Shown: one piece after another, positions 35,119-43,845 of the stretch
Numbering within the stretch: the first letter of the stretch is position 1
Layout of the letters: each line of letters opens with the position of its first letter
Position numbers and translations under genes: made by a program
IMG/VR virus record: IMGVR_UViG_3300042468_000189
Origin: an uncultured virus (IMG/VR IMGVR_UViG_3300042468_000189)
Taxonomy: Duplodnaviria > Heunggongvirae > Uroviricota > Caudoviricetes
Direction: 5' to 3' (one strand)
Length of the DNA stretch: 64,000 nucleotides
Notes under the pieces: model-generated
Seen by the model: only the letters and a program-made list of their open reading frames with translations
The model's database searches: none
Told to the model about the DNA's origin: nothing

Positions 35119-36051
35119 ATGGCTACTTTTCCTTCATATTCTTCTGCAAGCGGTATTTGGGGCTTAAATGAAGTTAGAAATGCTTTGATGGGTGGTAACT
35201 GGCCTCCGCTTACTGTCAACGTCCAATTTCTTGTTGTTGCCGGTGGCGGTGGCGCTGGGGGAACGGTTGGCGGCGCGGGAGGGGCGGGCGGTCTTATGAC
35301 TGACACCACAACGGGCGTATTTCTAAAACAAGCAACAAATTACACGGTCACGGTTGGGGCTGGTGGGGCTGGAGGTAATACGGGCAACCCAAGTAATGGG
35401 GGTCAAGGTAGCTCCTCGGTGTTTAGCACAATAACCGCAGCAGGAGGAGGCAGGGGTTCTTACGCAGATGTTAGTGCTTCTGGAGGAAGCGGTTCTGGTG
35501 GACCCGGATCAGCTCCAGGTGGGGGTGCGGGAGGAGCGGCTGGGTCTGGTAATACGCCTTCAGTAGCCCCTTACTCATCTCAAGGAAATAATGGAGGAAC
35601 ATCGCCAAACAATAACACCGCAGGGGGCGGTGGTGGTGGGGCCGGCGGTGTAGGTGGAAATGCAAGTTCAAATGTTGGTGGAAATGGTGGCCCCGGCTCA
35701 GATTCATCCATTACAGGCTCAGTTGTGACTTACGCTGGCGGAGGTGGTGGTGGTGCTTTTAATGGGACGGGCGGTTCTGCTGGATCTGGAGGGGGTGGTG
35801 TAGGGAGAGGGACTAGTACAACTGGCGGTGCTGGAACGGCAAACACTGGCGGGGGCGGCGGTGGCGGAGGATATTCCGGGTCAAATTCTAGCGGCGGTGC
35901 AGGTGGTTCTGGCGTGGTTATTTTGAAATATCCAGATACGTTTACTATCTCAAACCCCGGCGGTGGCTTGACTTTTAGCACACCTGCGGCGTCAGGCGGC
36001 TTTAAGGTAACAACATTCACGGCTGGGACAGGAAGTGTGCAATGGAATTAA
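35119..36051 (+). CDS. glycine-rich tail/receptor-binding protein
   Basis: 'LVVAGGGG..GGAGG', 'YAGGGGG', 'ANTGGGGGG', 'GGSGVVILKYP'. Confidence 0.75.
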   Translation: MATFPSYSSASGIWGLNEVRNALMGGNWPPLTVNVQFLVVAGGGGAGGTVGGAGGAGGLMTDTTTGVFLKQATNYTVTVGAGGAGGNTGNPSNGGQGSSSVFSTITAAGGGRGSYADVSASGGSGSGGPGSAPGGGAGGAAGSGNTPSVAPYSSQGNNGGTSPNNNTAGGGGGGAGGVGGNASSNVGGNGGPGSDSSITGSVVTYAGGGGGGAFNGTGGSAGSGGGGVGRGTSTTGGAGTANTGGGGGGGGYSGSNSSGGAGGSGVVILKYPDTFTISNPGGGLTFSTPAASGGFKVTTFTAGTGSVQWN

Positions 36052-36650
36052 GCATACATAATTTGTTCCCTACTGCTGTTGGATTTGCTGAACTTAACAG
36101 ACCCTTGTCAGATGAGGAGTTGTTCTTTGTCCGTCAGTTAGAGACAAGACAAAACACGGGGAATACTACAAGCACAGATAATTTTGTCTTGCGTAGCCCT
36201 GTGTTGACTTCACTACGTTCGTTCATTGAAGATTCGGTTGCTGAGTATTTCAAAGCCACAACCAATCCCAAGCACGATGTCACGTTACGGGTGACGCAAA
36301 GCTGGGTTAATTATTCAGAACCTGGGCAGTATCACCACAAACACGCACACCCAAATAGTTTCATCTCAGGGGTGTTCTACATTCAGACCAATCCTAACGA
36401 CAAGATTTATTTTTATCGATCAGGCTGGCAACAAATCAAGTTTCCTCCGGCTGAGTGGAATACCTACAATTCAGAGTCTTGGTGGTATGAAGCTGTAGCA
36501 GGCAAACTTATTCTTTTTCCTTCTTCGTTAGAGCATATGGTGCCGACCGTTGAAGGGGATGTGGTCAGAATTAGTTTGAGTTTTAATACGTTTCCCGTTG
36601 GAATGGTCGGCGAGGAAGTAGATTTAACCGCACTTAGATTGGAGGCGTAA
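36042..36650 (+). CDS. 2OG-Fe(II) oxygenase (TIGR02466-like)
   Basis: 'SWVN..HHKHAHPNSFISGVFY', 'LILFPSSLEH.V', 'RISLSFN'. Confidence 0.85.
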   Translation: MELSIHNLFPTAVGFAELNRPLSDEELFFVRQLETRQNTGNTTSTDNFVLRSPVLTSLRSFIEDSVAEYFKATTNPKHDVTLRVTQSWVNYSEPGQYHHKHAHPNSFISGVFYIQTNPNDKIYFYRSGWQQIKFPPAEWNTYNSESWWYEAVAGKLILFPSSLEHMVPTVEGDVVRISLSFNTFPVGMVGEEVDLTALRLEA

Positions 36651-37030
36651 TGGCGCACTATGCTTTCCTGGATGAAAATAATCTTGTAACGGAAGTCATC
36701 ACCGGAAAAGACGAGGGTGAAGAAGGTCGTGATTGGGAGCAATGGTACGGCGACTTCCGAGGGCAAGTTTGCAAGCGCACTAGCTACAACACGGTCGGTG
36801 GCATTCACAATAAAGGCGGCATACCATTCCGCAAGAACTATGCAGGGATTGGCTACGTTTATGACGCACAGCGCGATGCTTTTATCCCACCAAAGCCTTT
36901 TGACTCTTGGGTACTAGTTGAACAAACCTGTCAGTGGGAAGCACCTGTTGCGATGCCGACCGACGGTCAGATGTACTCATGGGATGAAGCGACCACTTCG
37001 TGGAAAGTCAATGAACCCGCTCAAGCTTGA
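36650..37030 (+). CDS. conserved tail-module hypothetical protein
   Basis: 'MAHYAFLDENN.V..TSYN..FRKNYAGIGY.YD..RDAFIPPKP'. Confidence 0.75.
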   Translation: MAHYAFLDENNLVTEVITGKDEGEEGRDWEQWYGDFRGQVCKRTSYNTVGGIHNKGGIPFRKNYAGIGYVYDAQRDAFIPPKPFDSWVLVEQTCQWEAPVAMPTDGQMYSWDEATTSWKVNEPAQA

Positions 37031-37181
37031 TCTCACACTTGATGAAGTCAACACGGTATTAGATGCGCTAGGGAATCTGCCCTATAAGCAAATAGCACCG
37101 TTGTTTGAGAAGATCAAATCCCAGGCTGTAGCGCAGTTACAGCCAGAGGAACCCAAGGCTGATCCGCAGCATGGACGATAA
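37011..37181 (+). CDS. small hypothetical protein
   Basis: Start ATG 37011 MNPLKLDLTLDEVNTVL.ALG.LPY. Confidence 0.6.
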   Translation: MNPLKLDLTLDEVNTVLDALGNLPYKQIAPLFEKIKSQAVAQLQPEEPKADPQHGR

Positions 37182-37596
37182 AACCCACGAACTAGCGGTT
37201 CTCAAAGCGCAAGCTAAGATCAAGCTAGAGGAACTAAAGGCCCAAGACTCTGCCAAGGAAGTTGCTGGTAAAGCGATTGGCGAGGACGGTCTTCTTTATA
37301 TCTTCCTCATCGTACTCGTGGGTGTCGGCGCATCCCTTTTCTTAGAGGGCGAGAAGATCGCTGCGGTCATGGGACTTCTTGGCGCTTCGCTAACTGCGCT
37401 TATACAGATGCTCAATGGCATTGCAGGCACCGCTGCCAAACAGGAAAAACCAGAGTTTGAAGTCATCAAGGATCTTATCCATCGTCTTGACAAGCTAGAC
37501 CGTGCCGAGCAGCCCATGCAAGTTGATGTGGAAGGCAGCAAAGTCACGGTCAAGAAAGGTGCCGATCAGATTACCGCAAGGGGCGAACATGTTTGA
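37171..37596 (+). CDS. membrane protein (lysis region)
   Basis: Two hydrophobic helices. Confidence 0.65.
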   Translation: MDDKTHELAVLKAQAKIKLEELKAQDSAKEVAGKAIGEDGLLYIFLIVLVGVGASLFLEGEKIAAVMGLLGASLTALIQMLNGIAGTAAKQEKPEFEVIKDLIHRLDKLDRAEQPMQVDVEGSKVTVKKGADQITARGEHV

Positions 37597-38074
37597 TCTT
37601 CTCTCAGGCGGTCTTCTTGGTTCCATATTCGGTGGTCTGTTCAGGCTTGCACCGGAAGTCCTTAAATTCCTCGATAAGAAGAACGAACGCCAGCACGAGC
37701 TATCCATGTTCCAACTCCAGACTGACCTTGAGAAGATGCGAGGTGAGTTCAAGATGGAGGAGAAGTATGTTGACTACAGCATCCAGCAAATGGATACGAT
37801 TAAGGAGGCATTTAAGGAACAGGCTGAAACGGCTAAGGCAGCGGGTTGGTTTATGTCGTTTATTTCAGCTTCAGTGCGTCCCGGCGTAACGTGGTTTCTG
37901 TTCTTTATGTACGCAGGTGTTAAGGTGGCGGCTTTGTTTATTGCGTTTCAAACCAATGCGAATTGGGCCGAAGTGCTTATTAAAACGTGGGATGAAGATG
38001 ATTTTGGGATGCTGTCTATGGTGCTGTCGTTTTATTTTATTGGCAGAAGCGTAGAGAAGTACCATAAGCAATGA
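37589..38074 (+). CDS. putative holin
   Basis: Start ATG 37589; 'SASVRP' then two TM helices and 'FYFIGRS.EK'; upstream of lysozyme. Confidence 0.65.
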   Translation: MFDLLSGGLLGSIFGGLFRLAPEVLKFLDKKNERQHELSMFQLQTDLEKMRGEFKMEEKYVDYSIQQMDTIKEAFKEQAETAKAAGWFMSFISASVRPGVTWFLFFMYAGVKVAALFIAFQTNANWAEVLIKTWDEDDFGMLSMVLSFYFIGRSVEKYHKQ

Positions 38075-38637
38075 AAACCTGTAGCCGCTGCAAAATAACG
38101 AAAGCCTTTGAAAGTTTTTCCTTTTGCCGTGCCAATAAAGACGGCTACCAAGGGTGGTGTCAGGCATGTGTAAACGAAGGACGACGCAAACCGCAAGAGT
38201 CGCCGGAGGTTATTGAGCAACGAAGGGCAGAGCAAAGACGCATAAAACTAGAGAAAAAACGCGCTTATTATTTGGCAAACAAAGAGCGACATAGTGCAAA
38301 CATGGCTGCGAATTACCAAAAGAATAAAGATTCGGTAAAGCAGCGCATAGCTGAATATAAGAAAGAAAACTCCGCTAAGGTAAACGCTAATTGTATGAAG
38401 CGCCACGCACAAAAGCTGAACGCGACACCGGCTTGGCTATCTGAAGATGACCATTGGATGATTGAAGAGGCTTATGAACTAGCCAAACTCAGGACCAAAC
38501 TGTTTGGGTTTGTATGGCATGTTGACCATATCATTCCGCTTAAGGGCAAGACGGTGTCTGGTCTTCATGTGCCAAATAATTTGCAAGTAATACCTGCGTC
38601 AGTAAACTGCTCAAAGCGCAACAGAGTTGATGCATGA
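38071..38637 (+). CDS. HNH endonuclease
   Basis: KTCSRC..WCQAC zinc finger; HVDHIIPL..GLHVPNNL..N.SKRN. Confidence 0.9.
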   Translation: MKTCSRCKITKAFESFSFCRANKDGYQGWCQACVNEGRRKPQESPEVIEQRRAEQRRIKLEKKRAYYLANKERHSANMAANYQKNKDSVKQRIAEYKKENSAKVNANCMKRHAQKLNATPAWLSEDDHWMIEEAYELAKLRTKLFGFVWHVDHIIPLKGKTVSGLHVPNNLQVIPASVNCSKRNRVDA

Positions 38638-39101
38638 ATGAAGCAAAGCAGCTTTGTAAAGATGTATTAATCAAACCATTTGAGGGTTTGGCAAAGCGTT
38701 TGCCTGACGGACGAGTAACAGCTTATCCTGACCCCGGAACCCGTGGACATCCTTGGACAATTGGCTGGGGAGCCACTGGCCCTGACATTAACCCCGGCAC
38801 GGTCTGGACGATTGAGCAATGCGAAGATGCACTGGATCACCACGTTGAATACTTTCTCAGGGGTTTGTTTAAACTTTCTCCAAAGATACAAACCGCACTG
38901 CCCCGACGCATTGCCGCTGTGACTAGCTGGGTCTACAATTGTGGCCTAGGGAACTACCGAGTTTCTACGTTCAAGAAGCGGATAGATGCGGGGGATTGGG
39001 ATGGTGCAGCCGACCAATGTATGCTGTGGAATAAAGCCGCTGGAAGAGTCCTGCCGGGGCTTACCCGCCGCCGAGCGGCAGAAGCTGCACTGATGAGGTG
39101 A
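38634..39101 (+). CDS. endolysin, lysozyme (GH24)
   Basis: 'FEG..AYPDP..WTIGWG.T', 'YNCG.G', 'W.KA.GRVLPGL.RRR.AE'. Confidence 0.92.
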   Translation: MNEAKQLCKDVLIKPFEGLAKRLPDGRVTAYPDPGTRGHPWTIGWGATGPDINPGTVWTIEQCEDALDHHVEYFLRGLFKLSPKIQTALPRRIAAVTSWVYNCGLGNYRVSTFKKRIDAGDWDGAADQCMLWNKAAGRVLPGLTRRRAAEAALMR

Positions 39102-39104
39102 GCC

Positions 39105-41210
39105 GTGCCATTAAAAAAGATACTACTGAAAAGCGGGGTTAATAAAGAAAATACTCGCTATACAAATGAGAACGGTTGGTATGTATCCGACAAGGTTCGG
39201 TTTCGTCAGGGCACACCAGAGAAGATTGGTGGGTGGCGCAGAATATCGCAAGCCGTTTACTTAGGGATTTGCCGTTCTCTTTGGAACTGGGTTACTTTAA
39301 GTAACTCTAACCTGCTTGGTGTAGGAACCAACCTAAAGTACTACATTGAGCAAGGTGGTGCTTATTCCGACATCACCCCCATACGTTTAACCCAATCAGT
39401 GACCTTTGCTGCGGTTACTGTATCTCCCTTTTCCTCAACCATCACGGTTACATCGGCTAATCATGGTGCAATCACTGGGGATTTTGTAACCTTCTCCGGT
39501 GCAGTAAGTCTGGGTGGAAACATCACAGCAGCGGTGCTTAATCAGCAATATCAAATTGCTTCTGTACCCACATTAAATACTTTTACCATCACGGCCAAAG
39601 ATCCCGGTACGGGTGCGCCTGTCACTTCAAACGCCTCGGATAGTGGTAATGGTGGTGGGTCTTCGGTCGGTGCTTTCCAAGTTAATACGGGTCCGGGCGT
39701 TGCTCAGGTTCCTCTGGTTGGATGGGGCGCAGGTGCTTGGGGTAGTGGGTCATGGGGTGTTACGCCACAGGTTACAGACCCACTGCGGATATGGAATGCT
39801 GGCAACTGGGGGGAGGACTTAGTCTTTGGTCCACGCACGGCTGGTATTTATTACTGGGATGCGACTAACGGCTTATCAACAAGAGGTGTTGCACTCAACA
39901 GCCTTGGGGGTACTGTTACCCTAACAATAGCTTCACCTTGCGTGATTACGCTGTCTAACGTGCTTGCTGAGGGTACAGCCATTAAGCTTGCTACTACTGG
40001 CGCACTTCCAACGGGGCTAACTGCGGGTACAACATACTATTTAATTAATGTTGATGGGGTCACTGCAAACCTGTCAACCTCTGCAACGGGTTCGGCTATA
40101 AATACTTCAGGCAGTCAGTCTGGAACGCAAAGTATCTCTACGCTTGTTGATGTGCCTACCGTGCAATACAGCATGCTGGTTTCGGATGCTTCTAGGTTCT
40201 TATTACTATTTGGCACAACCGACTACGGCAGTACGACTGCTGACCCCATGCTCATTCGTTGGGGTAACCAAGAATCTTTAGTTGATTGGGTGCCATCCCC
40301 GCTTAATCAAGCAGGTAGCTTGCGCTTATCCCACGGCTCGCAGATTATTGCAGTGCAGCAAACTAGGCAGGAAGTGTTGGTGTGGACTGATTCTGCGCTT
40401 TTTTCTCTGCAATATCTCGGCCCGCCGTTGGTTTGGGGTTCGCAAATTCTTGGGGACAATACGTCCATCATCGGCCCTAACGCCACTGCAATTGCATCCG
40501 GGGTAACTTACTGGATGGGTGTGGATAAGTTCTATGTGTACAACGGTAGGGTGCAAACACTTCGTTGCGATCTACGTCGGTATGTGTTCAGCGACATTAA
40601 TAAGTACCAGAACTTCCAAGTCTTTGCTGGAACAAACGAAGGATTCAATGAGGTTTGGTGGTTCTACTGTTCGGCTAATTCTACGACTGTTGATCGCTAT
40701 GTGGTGTACAACTACGCTGAAGATATTTGGTACTACGGCACGATGGCACGTACGGCGTGGAGCGATTCAGGTATTCGCGCTTATCCACAAGCTGCTACAT
40801 ATAACTACAACATTGTTGACCACGAGTACGGTGTTGACGATAACGAAACAGGCACGACGCTACCAATTACTGCTTACATAGAGTCTGCTGAGTTTGATAT
40901 TGAAGACGGACAAAACTTTGGGTTTGTATGGCGTATGGTGCCGGATCTGACATTTGATGGGTCTACAGCAACAACACCCCAAGTTACGATGACCCTTTAC
41001 GGTATGAACGGTTCGGGGTCTGGGTTTAATACCGAGGCGGCTAAATCTGTTGCCCGTACATCTACCGTTACGATTGAGCAATTTACCAATATTGTTTACA
41101 CCCGTATTCGTGGGCGACAGATGATTATGAAGATCGGGTCAGATGGTGTCGGTACGACATGGCAGCTTGGTGCACCACGAATTGACATCAGGCAGGACGG
41201 CAGACGATGA
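39105..41210 (+). CDS. tail tube/stabilisation protein (podovirus nozzle-like)
   Basis: 701 aa, 'VRFRQG.PEKIGGW' start, beta-propeller-like composition. Confidence 0.65.
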   Translation: MPLKKILLKSGVNKENTRYTNENGWYVSDKVRFRQGTPEKIGGWRRISQAVYLGICRSLWNWVTLSNSNLLGVGTNLKYYIEQGGAYSDITPIRLTQSVTFAAVTVSPFSSTITVTSANHGAITGDFVTFSGAVSLGGNITAAVLNQQYQIASVPTLNTFTITAKDPGTGAPVTSNASDSGNGGGSSVGAFQVNTGPGVAQVPLVGWGAGAWGSGSWGVTPQVTDPLRIWNAGNWGEDLVFGPRTAGIYYWDATNGLSTRGVALNSLGGTVTLTIASPCVITLSNVLAEGTAIKLATTGALPTGLTAGTTYYLINVDGVTANLSTSATGSAINTSGSQSGTQSISTLVDVPTVQYSMLVSDASRFLLLFGTTDYGSTTADPMLIRWGNQESLVDWVPSPLNQAGSLRLSHGSQIIAVQQTRQEVLVWTDSALFSLQYLGPPLVWGSQILGDNTSIIGPNATAIASGVTYWMGVDKFYVYNGRVQTLRCDLRRYVFSDINKYQNFQVFAGTNEGFNEVWWFYCSANSTTVDRYVVYNYAEDIWYYGTMARTAWSDSGIRAYPQAATYNYNIVDHEYGVDDNETGTTLPITAYIESAEFDIEDGQNFGFVWRMVPDLTFDGSTATTPQVTMTLYGMNGSGSGFNTEAAKSVARTSTVTIEQFTNIVYTRIRGRQMIMKIGSDGVGTTWQLGAPRIDIRQDGRR

Positions 41211-41848
41211 CTCTTAAATTAGATAATCCAGCCCCTCCTAGCCTGCCACTTGCGCCGCCTAATTACGAACGTGCGTATCACGATCAGTTTTCAAATGTCT
41301 TAAGACTTTACTTTAATCGTCTTGAGAATATAACGAGAAGTTTGCTTGGGCCAGATGGTGGCCGGTTTATGAGTAATCCGTTTGGTGCTTGGTCAAGCGA
41401 TTCGGATCAAATTGCGGTTAGTACAACGGCAGCTTACGCAATTACTTATGATGTGACTGATGTTGCCGATAGCGTCTATTTAGCAGGCAATTCTAAACTG
41501 ACGGTTACTTACCCTGGTGTTTATAACTTACAGTTCAGTATTCAGTTCAAAAATTCAGATACGCAGATACACGATGTAGACGTATGGGCTGCTATTAACG
41601 GAACCAACTTATCAAATAGTAACTCAAGGTTTTCAGTGCCAAATAGTCATGGTGGCGTAGATGGGCATTTAATTGCTGCGTTGAACTTGTTTTTGCCTCT
41701 AAATACGGGTGACTATATTGAACTATACTGGCATACTAATAATCTAGGTGTAAGCATAGAACATTTTCCTGCTGCGTCTTCGCCTACACGCCCCGAAACT
41801 CCGTCAGTAATTGCAACAATGGCGTTCGTTTCTTCTATACCTACTTAA
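41207..41848 (+). CDS. hypothetical tail protein
   Basis: 'LRLYFNRL', 'GVYNLQFSIQ', 'GDYIELYW'. Confidence 0.7.
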   Translation: MTLKLDNPAPPSLPLAPPNYERAYHDQFSNVLRLYFNRLENITRSLLGPDGGRFMSNPFGAWSSDSDQIAVSTTAAYAITYDVTDVADSVYLAGNSKLTVTYPGVYNLQFSIQFKNSDTQIHDVDVWAAINGTNLSNSNSRFSVPNSHGGVDGHLIAALNLFLPLNTGDYIELYWHTNNLGVSIEHFPAASSPTRPETPSVIATMAFVSSIPT

Positions 41849-41849
41849 G

Positions 41850-42998
41850 ATGGCTACCACTAACCCCCTAGCTGCCTTCCAGCAATTTGTTGCACAGCAA
41901 AAAGCTGCTGCGCCCCAACAAGGGGGGTCTTTAGACGACTATCTGGCTGCACGGGCTAAGCAATACGGTGCTACACCCAAGGGTGCAAAGTCTGACACGG
42001 GCTGGACTGCGGGGGAAGCGTTGGTTAATCCGTTTGCTGGGTTGACGGATTTTGGTAAGAAAAACGTTGATATTTATGGTACTGGGGAAGAATTAAGTAA
42101 CGTAGTAGGGCAGGAAGAAAGAGCAAAGACCGCTAGCGATCTGATGCGGGAAAAGTTTGGTGAGCAGCTAGGACATAAATCCACGTTTACCAAGGCGTAC
42201 AAGAAAGATGAAAAAGGTAATCCTGTTGAAGTAGAGCTAGATTCCCTTACGCCAGAAGAACTTAACTCTGGTAATGTTGTGCTGTTCATGGGGGGTAAAA
42301 CGGGAGGCGAAAGCCGCGAGCGCATGGCGCAAGCTTACATCCCCCAGGGCGATAAACTTATACCTGTTGGCGATCCAAAATATTATAAAGGCGAGCATCC
42401 TGACGCTAAGAATGTGGCTACTGCGTTAAAAGTTGGGTCTTTACTTGCTATGCCTTTTGGTGGTGTTGGTGGACTGCTTAGCGGGGTTACTGGAACGGCT
42501 GGTGTTGCGGGTGCAGCAGGTGCTGCGCTTGGCGAGCTTGGGATTAATACAGCAGGTAGTGGGATTGCAGGGCAGTTAGCTAATTTAGGACTTCCATCTT
42601 TTGCTGCCGACGCTGGGGCTAAGGCTTTAGTGTCAGGGGTTCTCAGTGGGGGGATTGGCTCGCTAACCGACCAACCGTTTTCTAAAGGTTTTAAAACCGG
42701 CGCTACATCTTCATTAGCTTCAGATGTTATAGGTGCGGGAGTTAATAAAGTCGCCCCTGATATGTTTAAAGGTCTTGGTTCGTTAGCAACTCCGGCTAAA
42801 GCTTTAACTACACAAGCATTAACGGCAAAAGTTCTAGGTAGAAAGTTTGATCCCGCTGCTGCCATAAAAGGTGCGGCTATTAATTACGGAATTGGGCAGG
42901 GGCTACAGACTGCTGGGGTAGATCCAAAAGCATTTAATCAATTTATGCAATTTGCTGCACCGATGATTGCAGCGCGGCGCAGGCCGGGAGGTAGATGA
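41850..42998 (+). CDS. putative internal virion/ejection protein
   Basis: Start ATG 41850; Gly/Ala-rich hydrophobic C-terminal half. Confidence 0.6.
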   Translation: MATTNPLAAFQQFVAQQKAAAPQQGGSLDDYLAARAKQYGATPKGAKSDTGWTAGEALVNPFAGLTDFGKKNVDIYGTGEELSNVVGQEERAKTASDLMREKFGEQLGHKSTFTKAYKKDEKGNPVEVELDSLTPEELNSGNVVLFMGGKTGGESRERMAQAYIPQGDKLIPVGDPKYYKGEHPDAKNVATALKVGSLLAMPFGGVGGLLSGVTGTAGVAGAAGAALGELGINTAGSGIAGQLANLGLPSFAADAGAKALVSGVLSGGIGSLTDQPFSKGFKTGATSSLASDVIGAGVNKVAPDMFKGLGSLATPAKALTTQALTAKVLGRKFDPAAAIKGAAINYGIGQGLQTAGVDPKAFNQFMQFAAPMIAARRRPGGR

Positions 42999-43843
42999 TG
43001 GCTGATAGCAACAAAAGAAATTATTTATATGGAAGTGGTGATGATAGTGGAGATGATAGTGGGGAGTCTTGGGATTTTGGTGAGAGTATTGTAAGCCCCT
43101 CATTACCTCAATTTACTGATCTATACGGTGATTTAACATTACCCGAAGTTGATACTTTATATAGTCAGTTTGTGGCAGAGTATGGAGATCAATATACGCC
43201 GGAACAGTTAGCGAATTTAAAAGGTGCGCTCCTTGGTGGTATGTCTCTTGAAGAGATGACGGGGTATTCAGATCAAGCTAAAGCTGATGTTGCTCCCGGC
43301 GGTATCATGTCGGGCAACCCTTTTGGTACACAAACGGGGGGAACTAAAGGGCAATCACTCCTTGACAAACTCCTCTCAAACAAAGGTCTTCTCCAAGCCG
43401 GACTTGGTGGGCTGGGTGCTTTAGCTGCGTATAAATCTGCAAAAGATGCCCAAAAACAAGCTGCTGGTGCTACATTAGGTAAAAATGCTCCTGTAACAGC
43501 AACACGTAGTGCGTTTAAAGGTACTAAGTATTCTGCCGAAGGAGGTGGAATTGGGTCATTGGATATGGCGCAAGGGGGACGTGCACTACCGCCACGATAC
43601 CTCGACGGACACTCAGATGGCATGGCAGACAAAGTCCCCGCAAATATCGACGGTAAAAGACCTGCTGCGCTTAGTGATGGCGAGTTTGTTATTCCTGCTG
43701 ATGTTGTTAGTCATCTCGGTAATGGCAACTCTAACGCTGGTGCGAAACGTCTTTACGAAATGATGGACCAGATTCGTTCCGCCCGAACAGGTAACCACAA
43801 ACAGGGCAAACAAATTAACCCTGCTAAATTTTTGCCGAGGTAA
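42995..43843 (+). CDS. putative internal virion protein
   Basis: C-terminal 'DGMAD.VPA.I....AALSDGEFVIPADVVSHLGNG' domain. Confidence 0.7.
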   Translation: MMADSNKRNYLYGSGDDSGDDSGESWDFGESIVSPSLPQFTDLYGDLTLPEVDTLYSQFVAEYGDQYTPEQLANLKGALLGGMSLEEMTGYSDQAKADVAPGGIMSGNPFGTQTGGTKGQSLLDKLLSNKGLLQAGLGGLGALAAYKSAKDAQKQAAGATLGKNAPVTATRSAFKGTKYSAEGGGIGSLDMAQGGRALPPRYLDGHSDGMADKVPANIDGKRPAALSDGEFVIPADVVSHLGNGNSNAGAKRLYEMMDQIRSARTGNHKQGKQINPAKFLPR

Positions 43844-43845
43844 TC

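Noticed and set aside
31787..36051. Diversity-generating retroelement acting on tail genes
   Set aside because: No reverse transcriptase was found; the repeats are both in-frame and differ at synonymous sites rather than adenine-specific ones.
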